A stretch of DNA of 63,947 bases, counting the filler, from Reticulomyxa filosa (taxonomy: Eukaryota; Protista; Foraminifera): assembly GCA_000512085.1 (NCBI GenBank). It is 19 parts of 19 records of this genome, joined end to end, with 100 filler letters (N's around TTAATTAATTAA, not from the genome) between each part and the next. Parts side by side here need not be neighbours in the genome. Positions count along the whole stretch, not along the records: positions 49,308 to 50,651 come from ASPP01003080.1; positions 50,752 to 51,816 come from ASPP01041820.1; positions 51,917 to 61,660 come from ASPP01012149.1; positions 61,761 to 62,845 come from ASPP01050245.1; positions 62,946 to 63,947 come from ASPP01022879.1; 14 more parts are not named here. One strand, written 5' to 3'. The position numbers and the translations under genes are program-made. Below are positions 50,651 to 63,947 of this stretch, in pieces (within the stretch, counting starts at the first letter, position 1; every line of letters starts with the position of its first letter). The notes under the pieces were generated by a model, which saw only the letters and a list, made by a program, of their open reading frames with translations, had not been told where the DNA came from and did no database searches.

Positions 50651-51916
50651 ANNNNNNNNNNNNNNNNNNNNNNNNNNNNNNNNNNNNNNNNNNNNTTAAT
50701 TAATTAANNNNNNNNNNNNNNNNNNNNNNNNNNNNNNNNNNNNNNNNNNNNCTTTTCAACTTTTTTTTTAAGATTACGAAGGTCAATAAAAAATTCTTTC
50801 ATTTAATAAGTATAAACTTTGTGAGAAACAAATTTTTTATTTTGCAGAGTATTAACATCCATTATTTATACATACACCAATGTGATTTTTTTCTATAGGA
50901 AAGCGTTCTTTTTTAGTCATTGCAAACAATTAACAAATCTCTAAACTATACAAAGAGAAACGAAGGACAGAAATAATTTCTAATTTTTTATTTTTTTGCT
51001 TCTTTACTAGCAAAGAAGGTTTTATTTCTCCTTAAAAAAAACTTTTCTTGGAGTTAACAAGAATTTTTTTTGTTTTTTCTATTGTTCATCCATCTAAACT
51101 TTTCATAATCACCAGCACATCAGGAACGTTTTTCCTTTAAAATGTAATTTGATTTATTTTATTTATAGATTTAATACATAGAAATTTTTTAAAATCTTTC
51201 CAAAGAACGCGTCCACTAACTATGTTTTTTTTCCTAAAAATTCTATATAACTGTTTTTGGATATAATATGTTATATATTAATTTCATTCAGATAAAATGA
51301 TAAATATGACATAATTTCATTTTTACAAACAAGTAGATTATCAAATCTCTTAAATGAATTTTTCAAAAATCAATTTGCATAATTTTAATAGATTTGAACA
51401 TTTTCAATTTGTCAAAAAAACTTATTTGATTCAAAAGAAGATTTCATTTTTTTATTTTCGTGTTCTGAATAAAACAAAGAAAAAAGATGACTAAAAAGGA
51501 TATTACTTTTTAAAAAAAATTGCAAACTTTTTTTTTAGTATTTACAAATTCTTAAATAATTTTGTTTGTTTAAATTTTATACGTGATTGCAACAACATCA
51601 TCTTGAAATTTCCATTGCTCATAAAACAATAATTTAAATGTCATTTGATATTGGTTTTTTTTATTCGCTGAGAACATTGTCTTTGTAGTAATACATGATA
51701 CAATTATTAAAACTTGAAGTATTTGTTATCATTGAATCAATGGGTTCAGTTCACAGATAATCACGATAATCCAATTACAAGATTTGTAGATATTTTTTTT
51801 AAAATAAAAAAAAAATNNNNNNNNNNNNNNNNNNNNNNNNNNNNNNNNNNNNNNNNNNNNTTAATTAATTAANNNNNNNNNNNNNNNNNNNNNNNNNNNN
51901 NNNNNNNNNNNNNNNN

Positions 51917-51959
<43 letters not shown>

Positions 51960-53757
51960 GTATGGACCACGAGTACAAGGATCAAACGCATCTATGTCTA
52001 TCTTTCCTGTATATACTCCATCAATACCTTTCTCTGAGCAACAGACTCCTTTGAATCAAACCCAAAGGCCTCGTTAAAAAAATTGAATGAAGGACTTTCA
52101 AACGATGCCCACAATATTCCTAGCTAAGCTTATATTTTTACTTATACAATAATTGAAACAAAGGAGCTGCTGCAATGAGACAAAAAAGGTCTTTTTACAC
52201 TACTGTTTTTCTTATATCTCCTCTTTTGCTCGCTTGAACCAGTTTGTGATTACCTATCTTTCTTTTTGGCGTGTTTTGTTTTGTATCATTTACATATATA
52301 TTAATCTAAAAAAAATTTTTTTAGATTTGTAATTGAATAACCTACATTGTATAATTCATTCGAGCAAAACCAAAACACTAGCCAATAAACAATTGTAATC
52401 ATTGTCTTGATCATCTTGGGGAATACTAATTTTTAACCAAATAAACATTTCGCAAATTATAATGACCATTGCTTGTTAATTGCAAATTGTCAAAAAGAAC
52501 GCGAGTTTAGACAATGATTATCAACATTTCCTCTTTACATATATATTGTTTTGTTTGTTGGTATTACGTGGTATATTTTAATCATATCAACCATATCTCG
52601 TAAAATACGTACAGGTTAGACATTTTACATCTTTTGTTTATAGAAACTATTCTAAATAAATTTATATTATATAATTTGTATTTAGAAGTATTCCAGAAAA
52701 ATGTCTTGAAAAAAAAGTGAATTGAATACTAAGTATTATAATATGCATATGTTTTTGATGGATTGTAACGTGATACATAAACTCCTGATGCTTAATATGC
52801 ATCATATCAAATATGTATTACAATTAGTGTTATGTCAATTTCAATGCCCACATAATCTTGAATGAATCAAGGTTATATCGATTTTTAATTAATTAATTTG
52901 AATTATCTAGGAACCAAATATCATCAAAAAATTTCCACCTTTGAATGAGATTATGACAAATAACTAAAAAAGTTGTTCTGGTACAACTTGTCAATCAAAG
53001 TAAAAGTTTGTAATCAAAGCAATAAAAAATCTCGAAAAAATGTTATAACTAGTTATGTCTTAAAAAAAATGTTTGTTTTATTGTGAATAGTTCTTAAAAA
53101 CATTTGCAGACGGCTGAAGCTTTGAGATTCACTGTGGCCAGTGTAAAAAAAAGAGCTTTTAAAAGGAACTTTCAAAACGTACATTTTTCTCTTCCAACTT
53201 TGGTTGTTTCGTCTAAATTATTTGTAATTATTTCATTTCAAGTTTTTCATTGATTATATTTTCTCTTCTAATAAACGTTTCATTATTTCAGTGGATACTT
53301 TTGCTGTTGTACCCAACTGTTTGACCATTTTTATCGCTGCCTTGCACTTACATAAGAAAAAAGATTAACTTTGGTTCATTATTCGAATATTGACCCGTAT
53401 TTTTATATTAATGATTTAACTTCAGAAAAGGCAAACAATAACGATGGAAAAAAAATATGGGTTTCAAATAAGATGAGTAACATTACCAAAGAAATTCAAA
53501 AATTTCTGAACAAATTTTTGAGAAAATCACTACTACATGTTGGGTTCTGTAGTTATCGCAATAATACATGTATTGCACACATTTGTTTGACAATAATGGC
53601 ATAATCTTTAAGGGGTTGCTATGGTCGAGTTTCTGACTTGTTATTAGTACGTTGTTTCAACAGTGACCTTGCTGTTTTGGGTTACTAAAAAAAAAGGGAA
53701 AACGTTGGTGTTCCTTGTTTTAGTCTTGGCAGGTCGTTGAATAAGAAGTGAAAGAAA

Positions 53758-55648
53758 ATGAGCAAATGCGTCCTTGTTAAAAGCGCAAAAAAAAAATTAA
53801 ACAAAGACTTAGTGCTTGATTTCTGTTCTACCTTTGGGTCAGTGGTCAGCTATAAAAAAGTATCTAAGTCTGTTGCGTTGGTCGAGTTTTCCAATGCAAA
53901 AAGTGCACGCCAGGCAGCGTGTAGTTAATACTTTTTTGTGTGTGTATTAAGATTGAATAATAACATTCCAAAAAAAAAAAAAAGAAAGCGGGGATAGCAT
54001 GGCTCCGGGAAACGGGCAGTGGTGCATGGGTCTAGTTTGGCGTTTGGAAGAAACTCTGTCGACTGTAATAGTGTACAATTTGTCCGTGGGGTATGTTTTA
54101 CTTTATGTAAGTACGTTTGTGTTTCTATCAATAATAACCACAAACTTTTGTACGTATAAATTTTGGAAGGACATCGAAGGATGATTTAATAAATACTTTT
54201 GGTCCATATGGTACCATCATTGACATTCAATTGTGGACAAGATCATCCGAATGCACTGCTACTGAATCTAAGGCAGACGAGGCAGTCGCTCAAATTGTGT
54301 TTGCGAAAATTTCTGAAGCAATTCTTGTTTGCAAAGAAATGAATAACTCCGTTGTTTCCTTTGCAATTAACGATTCTGGCGTAATCGTCAAATTGGCTAA
54401 TCCAGACGCTAAGGTGCTTATATGCATAGACATATATGTATACAAGCCAAACAGATCAACAAAAAATAAATAAATAAATAAGAGCGTATTGTAATGTATA
54501 CTGACCACTTTTTTTTTTTTAAAAATGCTGCGGTTAAAAGTTTTATACGTCCTCTTGCCTGTCAAGTTTTTTTTTTTTTTAAATAAAACAGAAAAAACAA
54601 AAATAAAAGCAAACAAATAAAAAAAAAAGAACGCGAAATGGAGGCGGGATCAGTTCTATTATGTTCTTCATCCCTTGTCGAATACACGTTCAAGCCGTAT
54701 CTTGATCCCATCGTTTTGTTCTATTTTATACTGTACATGCAACTTTTGTTCAAAACAGAATATGTCGAATTGTGAGGGGAGAGGTAAGAGAATGAGGGGA
54801 ACATAATAGACAAAATGGACAACCTGTGAATTGTTTAAATTTGTGTAATACATCTCAAAAAAAAAAAAAAAACAGCAAAAACAAAAAGAAATCAAAGGAA
54901 ATGACGAGTGTAAGGTCATCTTTGGACCGGACCCAAGAAATCCCGGAAAAAACTGGCCAAAATAATATCATTTCGCGTCCTCACTCTGTGACTTCCTGTA
55001 ATTCTTTCACTTCGACTTCAATGTTTTGTTGAATTCATCTTCTCTTCTTGCATATACAGACTGCATGTACATACAGCTGATTCATCAAACATAATGGGAA
55101 CAGAAGCCGAAAAATCCATTCTGAAAAAACTGATGCAATGGATGAAGGTAAAGATCTAACATCAGAAAATCTGTCAAACGTCATTGAAGAATCCAGGACA
55201 AGGATAATTAACTCGGTGCCAACGGGACTGAATCTGGCACTGACAGCAACGACAGCGACTATGACAATGGAGACACCAATAGTAACGCCATCTTTGGCAA
55301 TTTTGCTGACAGTCCCATATATAAGTGATTATTCAAGTGCGGAATGGAGCAGTACCTCTCTTTTAGAATTAGCAAGAATAATGGATCGAGCTGTTGGAAG
55401 ATATTTCAACATGATGCCATTTTCTTTTAATGGCATTGCTTCAACCCACACAAGTTGTTTGTTCATTTTCAATAGTTTTTATTATGTATGTGTGTCATTT
55501 ATGTACATAACACTACACGCAATTTTTTATGTTTCTTTTTTTTTTTTTTATTCTGATTCTCCACGTCATGTTTTTTTTTTTTTTGGATAGTCGAAAATCA
55601 GTAGTGGCAACTGCAGTAACGGATAGCGACTTCCGGCTGACGACGTAG
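53758..55648 (+). CDS. Two-RRM RNA-binding protein, paralog A, multi-exon
   Basis: CSTFGSVVS..ALVEFSNAKSARQA; VIVYNL..FGPYGTIIDIQL..AQIVFAKISEA; NAKWRRD. Confidence 0.7.
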
Positions 55649-56379
55649 AATTGTATAGTATTGAAATGTATTTTAATCATTCAAACATTTATTGTTATTT
55701 TTTTTCTGTTTCACTTTTTGTTTTCTTTTTATTGTCATTTGGGTAGATTTGTAACCGTATGTGGTTGCCATTGCAGATTAGATTCAAATGTTTTTTAGAC
55801 TATTGTATTCTCTCAAGTGTTATAAACAACTCTTGAGAAGGACATATGATGTGGACAAACACTCAAAAGAGGAGGACACAGAGCACATGATTACGCGTTT
55901 TTGTCGTTGCATCCAATTTTTTGATCATTTTCTTGCATCCACATAAGAAAGCAAGATTTAGAAATATTTGATTATTTAAATATTGGTCAGAGTTTGCATA
56001 TCTCTGATTATTTGGTTTCAAAAAAAAAAAAGGGGAAAGAATGATATGGAAGGAAAAAAAAGTAGTTGTGCATAAATCAGTGACATTATCTATAAAACCG
56101 AAAAAATTCAAAATTTAGGAATATTGCTGCTATATATAGTTATATTATACATGTCTCCGGAACGTTTGTTTACTATTATGTTGTGGGCTCACACTTGCTG
56201 CTTTTTCATTGCTCAAGTGTTCTAATTTGTTTGGAACATCCAGTTGTCCCCACGGTAACCTTGTCGTTTCAAGTAACAAAAACGACCAGTTAAAACGTGA
56301 ACCTGTCACAAAGAAGTTCGAAGTTTTTGAAGTTTTTTTGGTGGTTTTTATAGGCAATAATTAAAGCAGTGCACCAATA

Positions 56380-58432
56380 ATGAGCAAGCAAGTTTTGGTA
56401 TTCAACTTACCGGCCGCTTATACTGAAGTCCAAGTAGTGGAGCGAATGGGCACGTTTGGTTCGGTGACGAGTTGTAAGCTACTGCAGGACAGGACTGTAC
56501 TCGTCGAGTATTTTGATGCACAAGAGGCGCGCCGGGCAGCAATAGGTTTTTTGTATATATCTGGATTTTCGGCACATACTTAGCACAGAAAATACACACA
56601 CAGCGTCAGAGGTGCTAGAAAGTGGAAATAATGAATTGAAAGTAGGTCTTATTTGGTGTCCAAAGGAAATGTTGTCCACAGTCGTTGTTTCCAATTTGTC
56701 ACCTTCGTAAGTTTTTTTTTTTTGCTTTGTGAAGTACGTATTTTATAATTTTTAACGTAAAAAAAAAGTGCATGATATACCCCTAAAACAAGGACGCGTG
56801 TATACGATTTATTCAATGATTTTGGGCTCTACGGTGAAATTGTGGATATTACATTGGAAGAAAAAAAAAAATGGCATAGTCATCAACGCAGTAGCTTAAA
56901 AAAAAAAGATGAAACATTAGTTGCTTGGATTTCTTTTTCTCGAATAGCTAGAGCACTGCGTGCATGTAAGGAACTAAATAATAGCAAACTTGATTATGCC
57001 AATGATAGCTCTGGATTACGTGTTGAACTGAGCAACTTTGATTCACAAGTTTCTGTCCTTTCAACGAGCTTTTGTTGTTTTTTTTTTTTTAGTATACGCA
57101 TTGATGAAGACCATTACGTACTCCTTTTTTTTTAACTCTTGCCCCTTAACAAAAACTCTTGTATACGTCCTCTATATACAAAAAAAAAAAAACAGAATCC
57201 CAAATGGAAAAGAGACGTCTTTCGTTATGTGCGCCTTCCTTCTACTGTGTCTTGTAATCGTGATTCCATCAATTCCAAAATGTTTAGTTTTTTTTTGTGT
57301 AAGAAGGCACATACACATCAAAATGATGATACGAAGAAAGACGCACTTTGTTTTTGGTGTATGCTATGAAATAGGGGGGGGATACAAAGTAAATCATCAA
57401 ATAACAAGGTTATTAAACACACACGTGAATGTCCAAGTTGTGATAGAGCTGCTGATGATGTAATACCGTCGGTGCCAAGTCCTAACAGGCACCCGATGAC
57501 TGGCACATCAGCAGTTAATCCCAATTGCGAAAGGATAAAAAAAAACGAGAACAAATATGATGAAACCAAACACGATAAAGGAGTAATACCAGATAAATCG
57601 AGTCAATTTCCATCACTGCTATTAAACTATAACCAGGCACTCATGCAAGACGAAACAAGGGACGAATTTGACTCCACGGATCCAGGCACGCCATTGCACT
57701 CCAAGAACAAAATCATATGGACATCTTCAATGTTTTGCAAATCTATTTTTCTTCGCACATATTATAGCTTAATAGTAACATAAATACAGAGGCACAAACC
57801 GTACAACGAACTCAGCAGATTTAGATCCTGTTTCCTTGGACACGTCGGAAAGTTGCTCCTTACAATGGATTGGTAGCCCTTATTCTGACGGCACCACCTC
57901 ACAGCAGGATGAGTCGTCATTGGTCATACGAACGCCAACGTTGGCACAGCCATCGATACCAACATGTGGCATTTTGTCAGCGCGTAACGCTGCTCCTGAC
58001 TCTTTGAACATGGAATCGGGTAATTCCTCAGGTTCGAACCGGAATGGTTTGACTGAATCAGTTAAATCAAATATTACTTCGCATTGTATTTCATATATCT
58101 TTTTGTTTATATTTATTATTTGTTTGTTTTTGTAAAAAAAGGTCGAATCAGTCGATCAGGTGGTGCGAGCGCTAAAACAAGGAAAAAGAATGGTCAAAAA
58201 GTCAAGCCGATATTTTCCGCGTAGTCCCAAACAATGCATGATCGGAGACATCATTTATCATGAGCTGAAAGGAGAATATCCAAATGAAGTCGCCAGGCTC
58301 ACTGGTATGCTGTTGGCTTTGCCGATGAAAAAACTAGAGAAAATATATAAAGATAGACTTCTCTTGAGAAAAAGTGCACGGGAATTGATGGAAAAAATTC
58401 AAAAAGAAGCTCAAAAAAAGTTGTATATCTGA
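56380..58432 (+). CDS. Two-RRM protein with C-terminal MLLE/PABC domain, paralog B, multi-exon
   Basis: VLVFNLP..FGSVTSCKL..VLVEYFDAQEARRA; FGLYGEIVDITL..AWISF; NPKWKRD. C-terminus KQCMIGDIIY..VARLTGMLLA. Confidence 0.75.
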
Positions 58433-58925
58433 ATCTATTTTACCTTTTTTTCTTTTTTCTTTTTTCTTTTTTTCTATTGTTTGAGCCCATTTTTTCGTTT
58501 TTCTTTTCGTTTTTTACTGAAGTAAATTATTGCCTTTAACTTTTTTGTTGGATGTCTAATTCTTAAACTAACCACGAAACGGTATTCTGTAAAAGATATT
58601 TTCGCAAATTATTCAAAGCAAACTAAAATATTTTGATGTCTAATTTAATTAAAACGCTCAGAGAGCTAATTGAAAGGTCATGATCGTGGCTTTTTTTAAG
58701 ACAAAAAATCCATTTGCCAAAAAAAGAGTTGAGATTAAGGAAAAAATGAAAATAATTACTTAAACTAACTAAACAAAAAAAACAAACAAAAACAATGAAA
58801 TGTTTTTACATATTTAATATTCAATAATAAACACCATATTGTGTCTATTTTCCCTCCCTTTCTTACTTGTTTTTGTTATTTTGGTAATTGGAAGTACGTA
58901 ATTTATATCATAGCTTTTTTCACTT

Positions 58926-61608
58926 TCAGGACTGTGTCTGCGCATTTCTCTCGTTCATGATTGGACATTGTGCCATAATTTGCCAAAGACCTCGGCTTAC
59001 TTGCCTTTTTTTTTTGGTTTTAAAAGAAAAGAGGTTTATGTGATTGGTTATGTCTTTTTCTCCAACGGCAAAACAAACAAGCAAATAAATAAAAAAAATG
59101 ACGAAACTTAAGTCCAACTTCAGGAAAAGGTGAAACATCAATAAGATTGTGTGGAGATTTTTGATCTTTGTTTGATTTGATATGTTCAATGGCAACTTTA
59201 ACTAAGTCGGTGGCATTGTCAGATAAATTACGTGGCAAGATCCCACCAGATACAACTTTATGTGCCTTAGCAATAATTTTTTCAAAGCATAGCAAGTAAC
59301 CGGCTCCATACTCGAGCAAATACCGAGTGATTTTGAAAATAATAGCGTGGTAATGTTCCATGCCCGGAGACTCCAACAACCCTTCAAAAAAGTTGGCAAT
59401 AACCTTGGCATACGAATCAAAGAAATATTCGACGAGGATCGGCGCAATATCTTTCAGGAATGCCTCTTCATCTTTGATGATTGGTACTCCTTTGGAGGGG
59501 ATATGCTCTTGGAGTTTGTGTCCCAGCTTTTTGGAAAATGGAGCCAAGGCATCTTTCAACCGTCGGAATAATGTGGTCATAGATGTCAACTTTTGTGGGG
59601 AATGACGACTGTGATAGCAAAGATAAGGCAAGACCGCAATCAACGCCAACAAAGGTCTCAAATTGGTTCGGTCTATGATATTGTCCATTTTCACAATCAA
59701 CGCATCTTTGATGATCTTGAAGCATAAATCTTCATGTTGTGCTCTCAAAAATCCTTGCAGCAGATATTGCTGGACACCTTCAAAGCGAGGGCTCCATTCT
59801 TCGCAATAGCTCCAAAACTTTGGAGGTAGTCCATTTCTCTCCGCTTGCATCTCCATTTCCATTTCGATTTGCATATCCATTGGAATGGTTTCCATTTGGC
59901 TATCGTCATTGGGATACGAAAAATCAGAGTTCCATCAACATCCACTTCATCCATTGGCGTCGTATACGGCGACAAGCTTACATCGAGCTCACTGTCATCT
60001 TGCGACATGGACGTGTATCGTTGAAGTTTGAGAGTAGTGTTTTTCGCATTTTCACTGTCGTTTTGGACAACAGCAGGGCGCTGTTCGCTGATCGAAATGA
60101 AAATGATTTCCTCCTCGTCGTCCTCTTTCTCCTTAGTTTTATTCTTGCTCGTGTTTGGACTCGTCTTTTTCAGCAGTTCGGGCAGTTGAATCACGTTCGA
60201 GTTAGTGTTAGTGTTAATATTAGTATTAGTATTAGTATTAGTATTAATATTAATGTTGGCAGTCAACTTGGTGCTTGTGTCATCTCGAGTGCCACTCTGC
60301 GACGCATTATTCTTTGTCGATGGCACCTCTCGCAACTTTGCTGGAACGATCTCTTGAACATTTGTTTCGATAAAGTATTGCGGATTGTGAGACTGATCCA
60401 AGTTGATTCCCACCAACTCCAAGCCTTTTTGTGTGCACATTCAAATTGGCGAAACTCGAAACACAAATAAACAAGCCGAATAAAACAAATAATAAATAAA
60501 TAAATAAATAAATAGATAAAAATAATAAACCTTTTTCAAAGAGTAGACTTTCATGGTCGTTTCTAGCATTGGCTCGCATTAATGCAATGCCTGCCCAGAA
60601 CAAAGCAGGGTATTCATGCAATTTTTGTTGCAAACGCAACGTGGAGGCCATTTTCAACAGGGTTTCTAAAACGCGAAGACACTCGAAATGCTCTTTGGGA
60701 ATGGCCTGTTTGTTGTTTTGAAATTTGGTGGCATTGTCCCATTGGTCAATGGCTCCCACCAATGCCAAGAGCATGACTTTGACGGCGGCGTGGTTTAAAG
60801 GATTGAGCAGTTGACGATACACGTGGAACGCTCGTTGTGAAATGTCTTGGTTGGTGGACAGCACCGCCCATCGTAAAGCCTCGTATCCGATCCGATCTTT
60901 CGCTTTCAATTCCGGCATCAGCACTTGGCAATACTTGTCAACAAACACGGCCCCATCCATGGCCACTTTGCCGGCGCGATCGATTGTGAATGCCTGGAAT
61001 TGCTGCTGGCGTTGCTGTTGTTCCCAAACCAACTGCAGATCACGAGACTTTAATGCGGTTGCAACCGACACCTGCTCGTAATTGATCTGTTCGTTTTGCA
61101 ACGACGTCAGGTCCTTCGCCAAACATAGCGTGCTCATCATTCGAACAAGCAAGTGTCTCAGCTGTCGGGGATTGCTGCTAATCGATATAAAGATGGACGC
61201 GTATAACACCAAGACTGGAAAGAACGGGATAATCGGACGACTATCGACTCCGATTATATCAACCAACAGCGACGCAGCTAGATCCGCTCGTCTCTCCACT
61301 TGACCACGAGATATCGTCGGCTTGCCGCTTGCGTCCGCCTTCTTAATATCCGACGCTGCCGAGCTATCCTCACTCTTTTTCTCGTCCATGTGGCCTTGAA
61401 ATCCATAATCCAGTCGATACTTCTGGTCAGTCTTGTTGTAATTGCCTTGTGCTTTCTCTTCTTCCGCTATTCGGTCTTGGTAGCACGTCAAGATCTCGCC
61501 ACTGCGATGACGAATCTTTAAATTCGTTTTGCTGTACTCGTCCATTCCAATCGTTAACACCCGTAACAACATGCGGACAATATAATATGTGATTAATTTT
61601 CGAGACAA
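58926..61608 (-). CDS. FRY: Furry/MOR2/TAO3 family protein, C-terminal part
   Basis: EALRWA..SQRAFHVYRQLL, LFWAGIALM and FEGVQQYLLQG motifs. Introns near 60425-60530 and 59006-59107. One 1-nt frameshift near 59931. Confidence 0.7.
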
Positions 61609-61618
61609 TCCAACTGGC

Positions 61619-61660
<42 letters not shown>

Positions 61661-61760
61661 NNNNNNNNNNNNNNNNNNNNNNNNNNNNNNNNNNNNNNNN
61701 NNNNTTAATTAATTAANNNNNNNNNNNNNNNNNNNNNNNNNNNNNNNNNNNNNNNNNNNN

Positions 61761-62559
61761 TTTTCAATTTTAATTCAGCATGAATGTCACCTTTTTCTTG
61801 TGCACGTTTTGCTGCACTCTCTAAAGAGATTACCAAAGGACACTGATCCGTCAATTTCACATGTGATTTCAATGGACCGAATGCATTGGAAATAGCACAA
61901 CAATTAAGATTTGTGCTTTCGCGGATGAAATCTTTGAATTGCTGTAACGATTCTGCAAAGGTCTCTTGAGCACCATACAACGTCTTCAATTGAGAGGCAT
62001 ACGTTTCAAGCGAGGTTTGATTTTATTTATTTTTATATATACCCATATATGGTATACACAATTCGACATTGCGTACGTGTGTGCCAATGTTTAAAAAAAC
62101 ACAAATCACACAAAATATCAAACATCAAACTAATACAAATAAACAAATGAACTGAGGAGGAATGATCCCATAAAAATTCGTAATATGCAATAAGTTTCTT
62201 TTCCAATTGTTGTGGAAGCTGTTCACACATTGTCAATCCAATTCAACAAAATTGAAAGAAGAATTTTTTTTTTAAAATTACAAAAAGAAAAAAAATCCAA
62301 AAAAGAAAAGTATACGTAAGTTCAAAAGGGGGGGGGGGGGTAAGGGAAACGAGAAAGAGGAAAAAGAGACTTTAAAAAAAGTTATAGTTTATAATTGAAC
62401 GTTGATTACTTCGAACTTCTCTTCCTCTCCAAGCCCCTTCTTCAATAAACATGATGAAAAAATATAAAGTTGTTTTCGCTTTCTGCCGCGTTTTCTTTTT
62501 TTTCTGTTACATAAATTACGTCATTTATTCATGTGTATATATGCATTTATGTATGTACA

Positions 62560-62594
<35 letters not shown>

Positions 62595-62825
62595 ATTGTT
62601 ATGGCAAAACAAACCAGCAAGTAGTTTCAATTCAGTTTGAAGTTGTTGTGGCGTGGGTGTTCGAATGTTTGGATTGGAGATTGGATGGAGAGGACGCTTC
62701 CAATATTTTTTGAGTTTGTTCAATTGTTCTGTCAATTGCTCATTTTCCGATTTCGCCAATTCTTGAAAGAAAATATTATCACACTTTTCATTATCAACTT
62801 GCCATTGTGCGTTAGGTTAGTCTAT
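61761..62825 (-). CDS. Hypothetical multi-exon protein fragment
   Basis: Several short coding-like exons are separated by microsatellite introns. Confidence 0.4.
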
Positions 62826-63947
62826 TTGAAACATGCATTCCTTTTNNNNNNNNNNNNNNNNNNNNNNNNNNNNNNNNNNNNNNNNNNNNTTAATTAATTA
62901 ANNNNNNNNNNNNNNNNNNNNNNNNNNNNNNNNNNNNNNNNNNNNGAAAATTCTATAATTACATAATGAAAAAATGCATTTTGATCATAACAACAGAGTT
63001 CATGAACATATTTATCATATCAAATAATTATTCAAAAATTAAGCACAAAGATTAATATTAAATTTTGACATAAAACATTCAATTCTTTTATTTTTAAATA
63101 AATATGTTGATACGTATTAGAAATAAACACACTAAATTTAAAATTATTCATTAAATTATTAAAAAGTGTTTTTGATTGAAGAAACACTATCTCATTGAAT
63201 TAGTTTTATTGACTTTTTTCTTTTAAAATTACATCAAATTTTAATTCAGATTCATTGAATACAAAAAACATTTAAAAGATGTTATTAGAATGAATAATCA
63301 TTATCAATATTTCAAACAATATTGAAAAAGTTTATCTCATTCTGACCTGCCATTTGTTCTTTCATGTCAGTTATCTCCATCTTGATAAATGTGGCAAGTG
63401 ATCTGATTTTTATTTATTCAAATAAAAATAATGTATCCCTTTTTGCTTTTGTTTGATTTGAAGTTTTTTATTGTTATTGACAGTGCATTTTTTTGTTATA
63501 GTTTCACTGTTAGAACTACATTGCGAATTGTTTTTTATTAAAAAAACATTAAATGATACTTTGAAAAACTCAATCTACACTAGTAGGCCGAAGAGTTTTT
63601 TCAAGTGTACAGATACTGTCGAGTTGAAAAAAGTTATTCTGTCACGATTAATACAAATAAACATAACGCATATCCGCACGCAGAGAGCGCCCTGGAAAGT
63701 ATTTTAAAAAGAATTTGTTGATCATTGATGTTCATAAGCAATCATCCAAAACAAAAAAAACATAGCTATCTTTTGGGATAATACAGTGGTAAAATGCATC
63801 CAATAAAAAAAGAAATTTTTTTCTATTGTTGTTAACGCATCATTATTTGAATTGAAAAAACTAGCAATGATTTTTTATAAGAAAAAGCTTGGTTCCGATT
63901 TTTTGTATTTTGGGAAATTGAAAACTTGCTTTTTTTTATTGTGTTCA

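Noticed and set aside
50752-53700. Genes in very AT-rich stretches (also 1750-3150, 23802-26300, 62946-63947)
   Set aside because: Only short low-complexity ORFs with no recognisable motifs. Small exons or decayed genes cannot be excluded.
7290-59933. Genome-wide programmed ribosomal frameshifting
   Set aside because: Shifts go in both directions, share no slippery or stop motif, lie at homopolymers and also occur in the bacterial contig. Sequencing error is more parsimonious.

Overview
This is AT-rich, intron-rich eukaryotic DNA in the standard code. Its gene families and homopolymer-laden introns suggest a foraminiferan such as Reticulomyxa filosa (inference). It is not one locus: 19 small contigs are joined by an artificial ~100-nt spacer (N44-TTAATTAATTAA-N44), so gene order across spacers means nothing. 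Genes read by hand: a mono-ART PARP, AAMP/Sqt1 WD40, a CaaX kinase, a divergent PIWI-clade Argonaute, TPGS2, a cullin, a TPR-array protein, a NACHT-pentapeptide-WD40 protein, LRR, Kelch, methylmalonyl-CoA mutase, two RNF213-like fragments, TH1, tandem PDZ, an Arb2/FAM172A-domain protein, two RRM paralogs and Furry. One GC-rich contig is bacterial (holA plus a lytic transglycosylase). Top observations: (1) many GT-AG introns use GTT donors and a poly-A tract instead of a polypyrimidine tract before the acceptor AG; (2) an NLR-like set of 126-nt repeat arrays with hypervariable surface positions; (3) a PIWI with a DEDD tetrad and three frame disruptions; (4) an actin relic and a candidate C/D snoRNA, both absent from the ORF track. 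All exon models are manual and lack transcript support.
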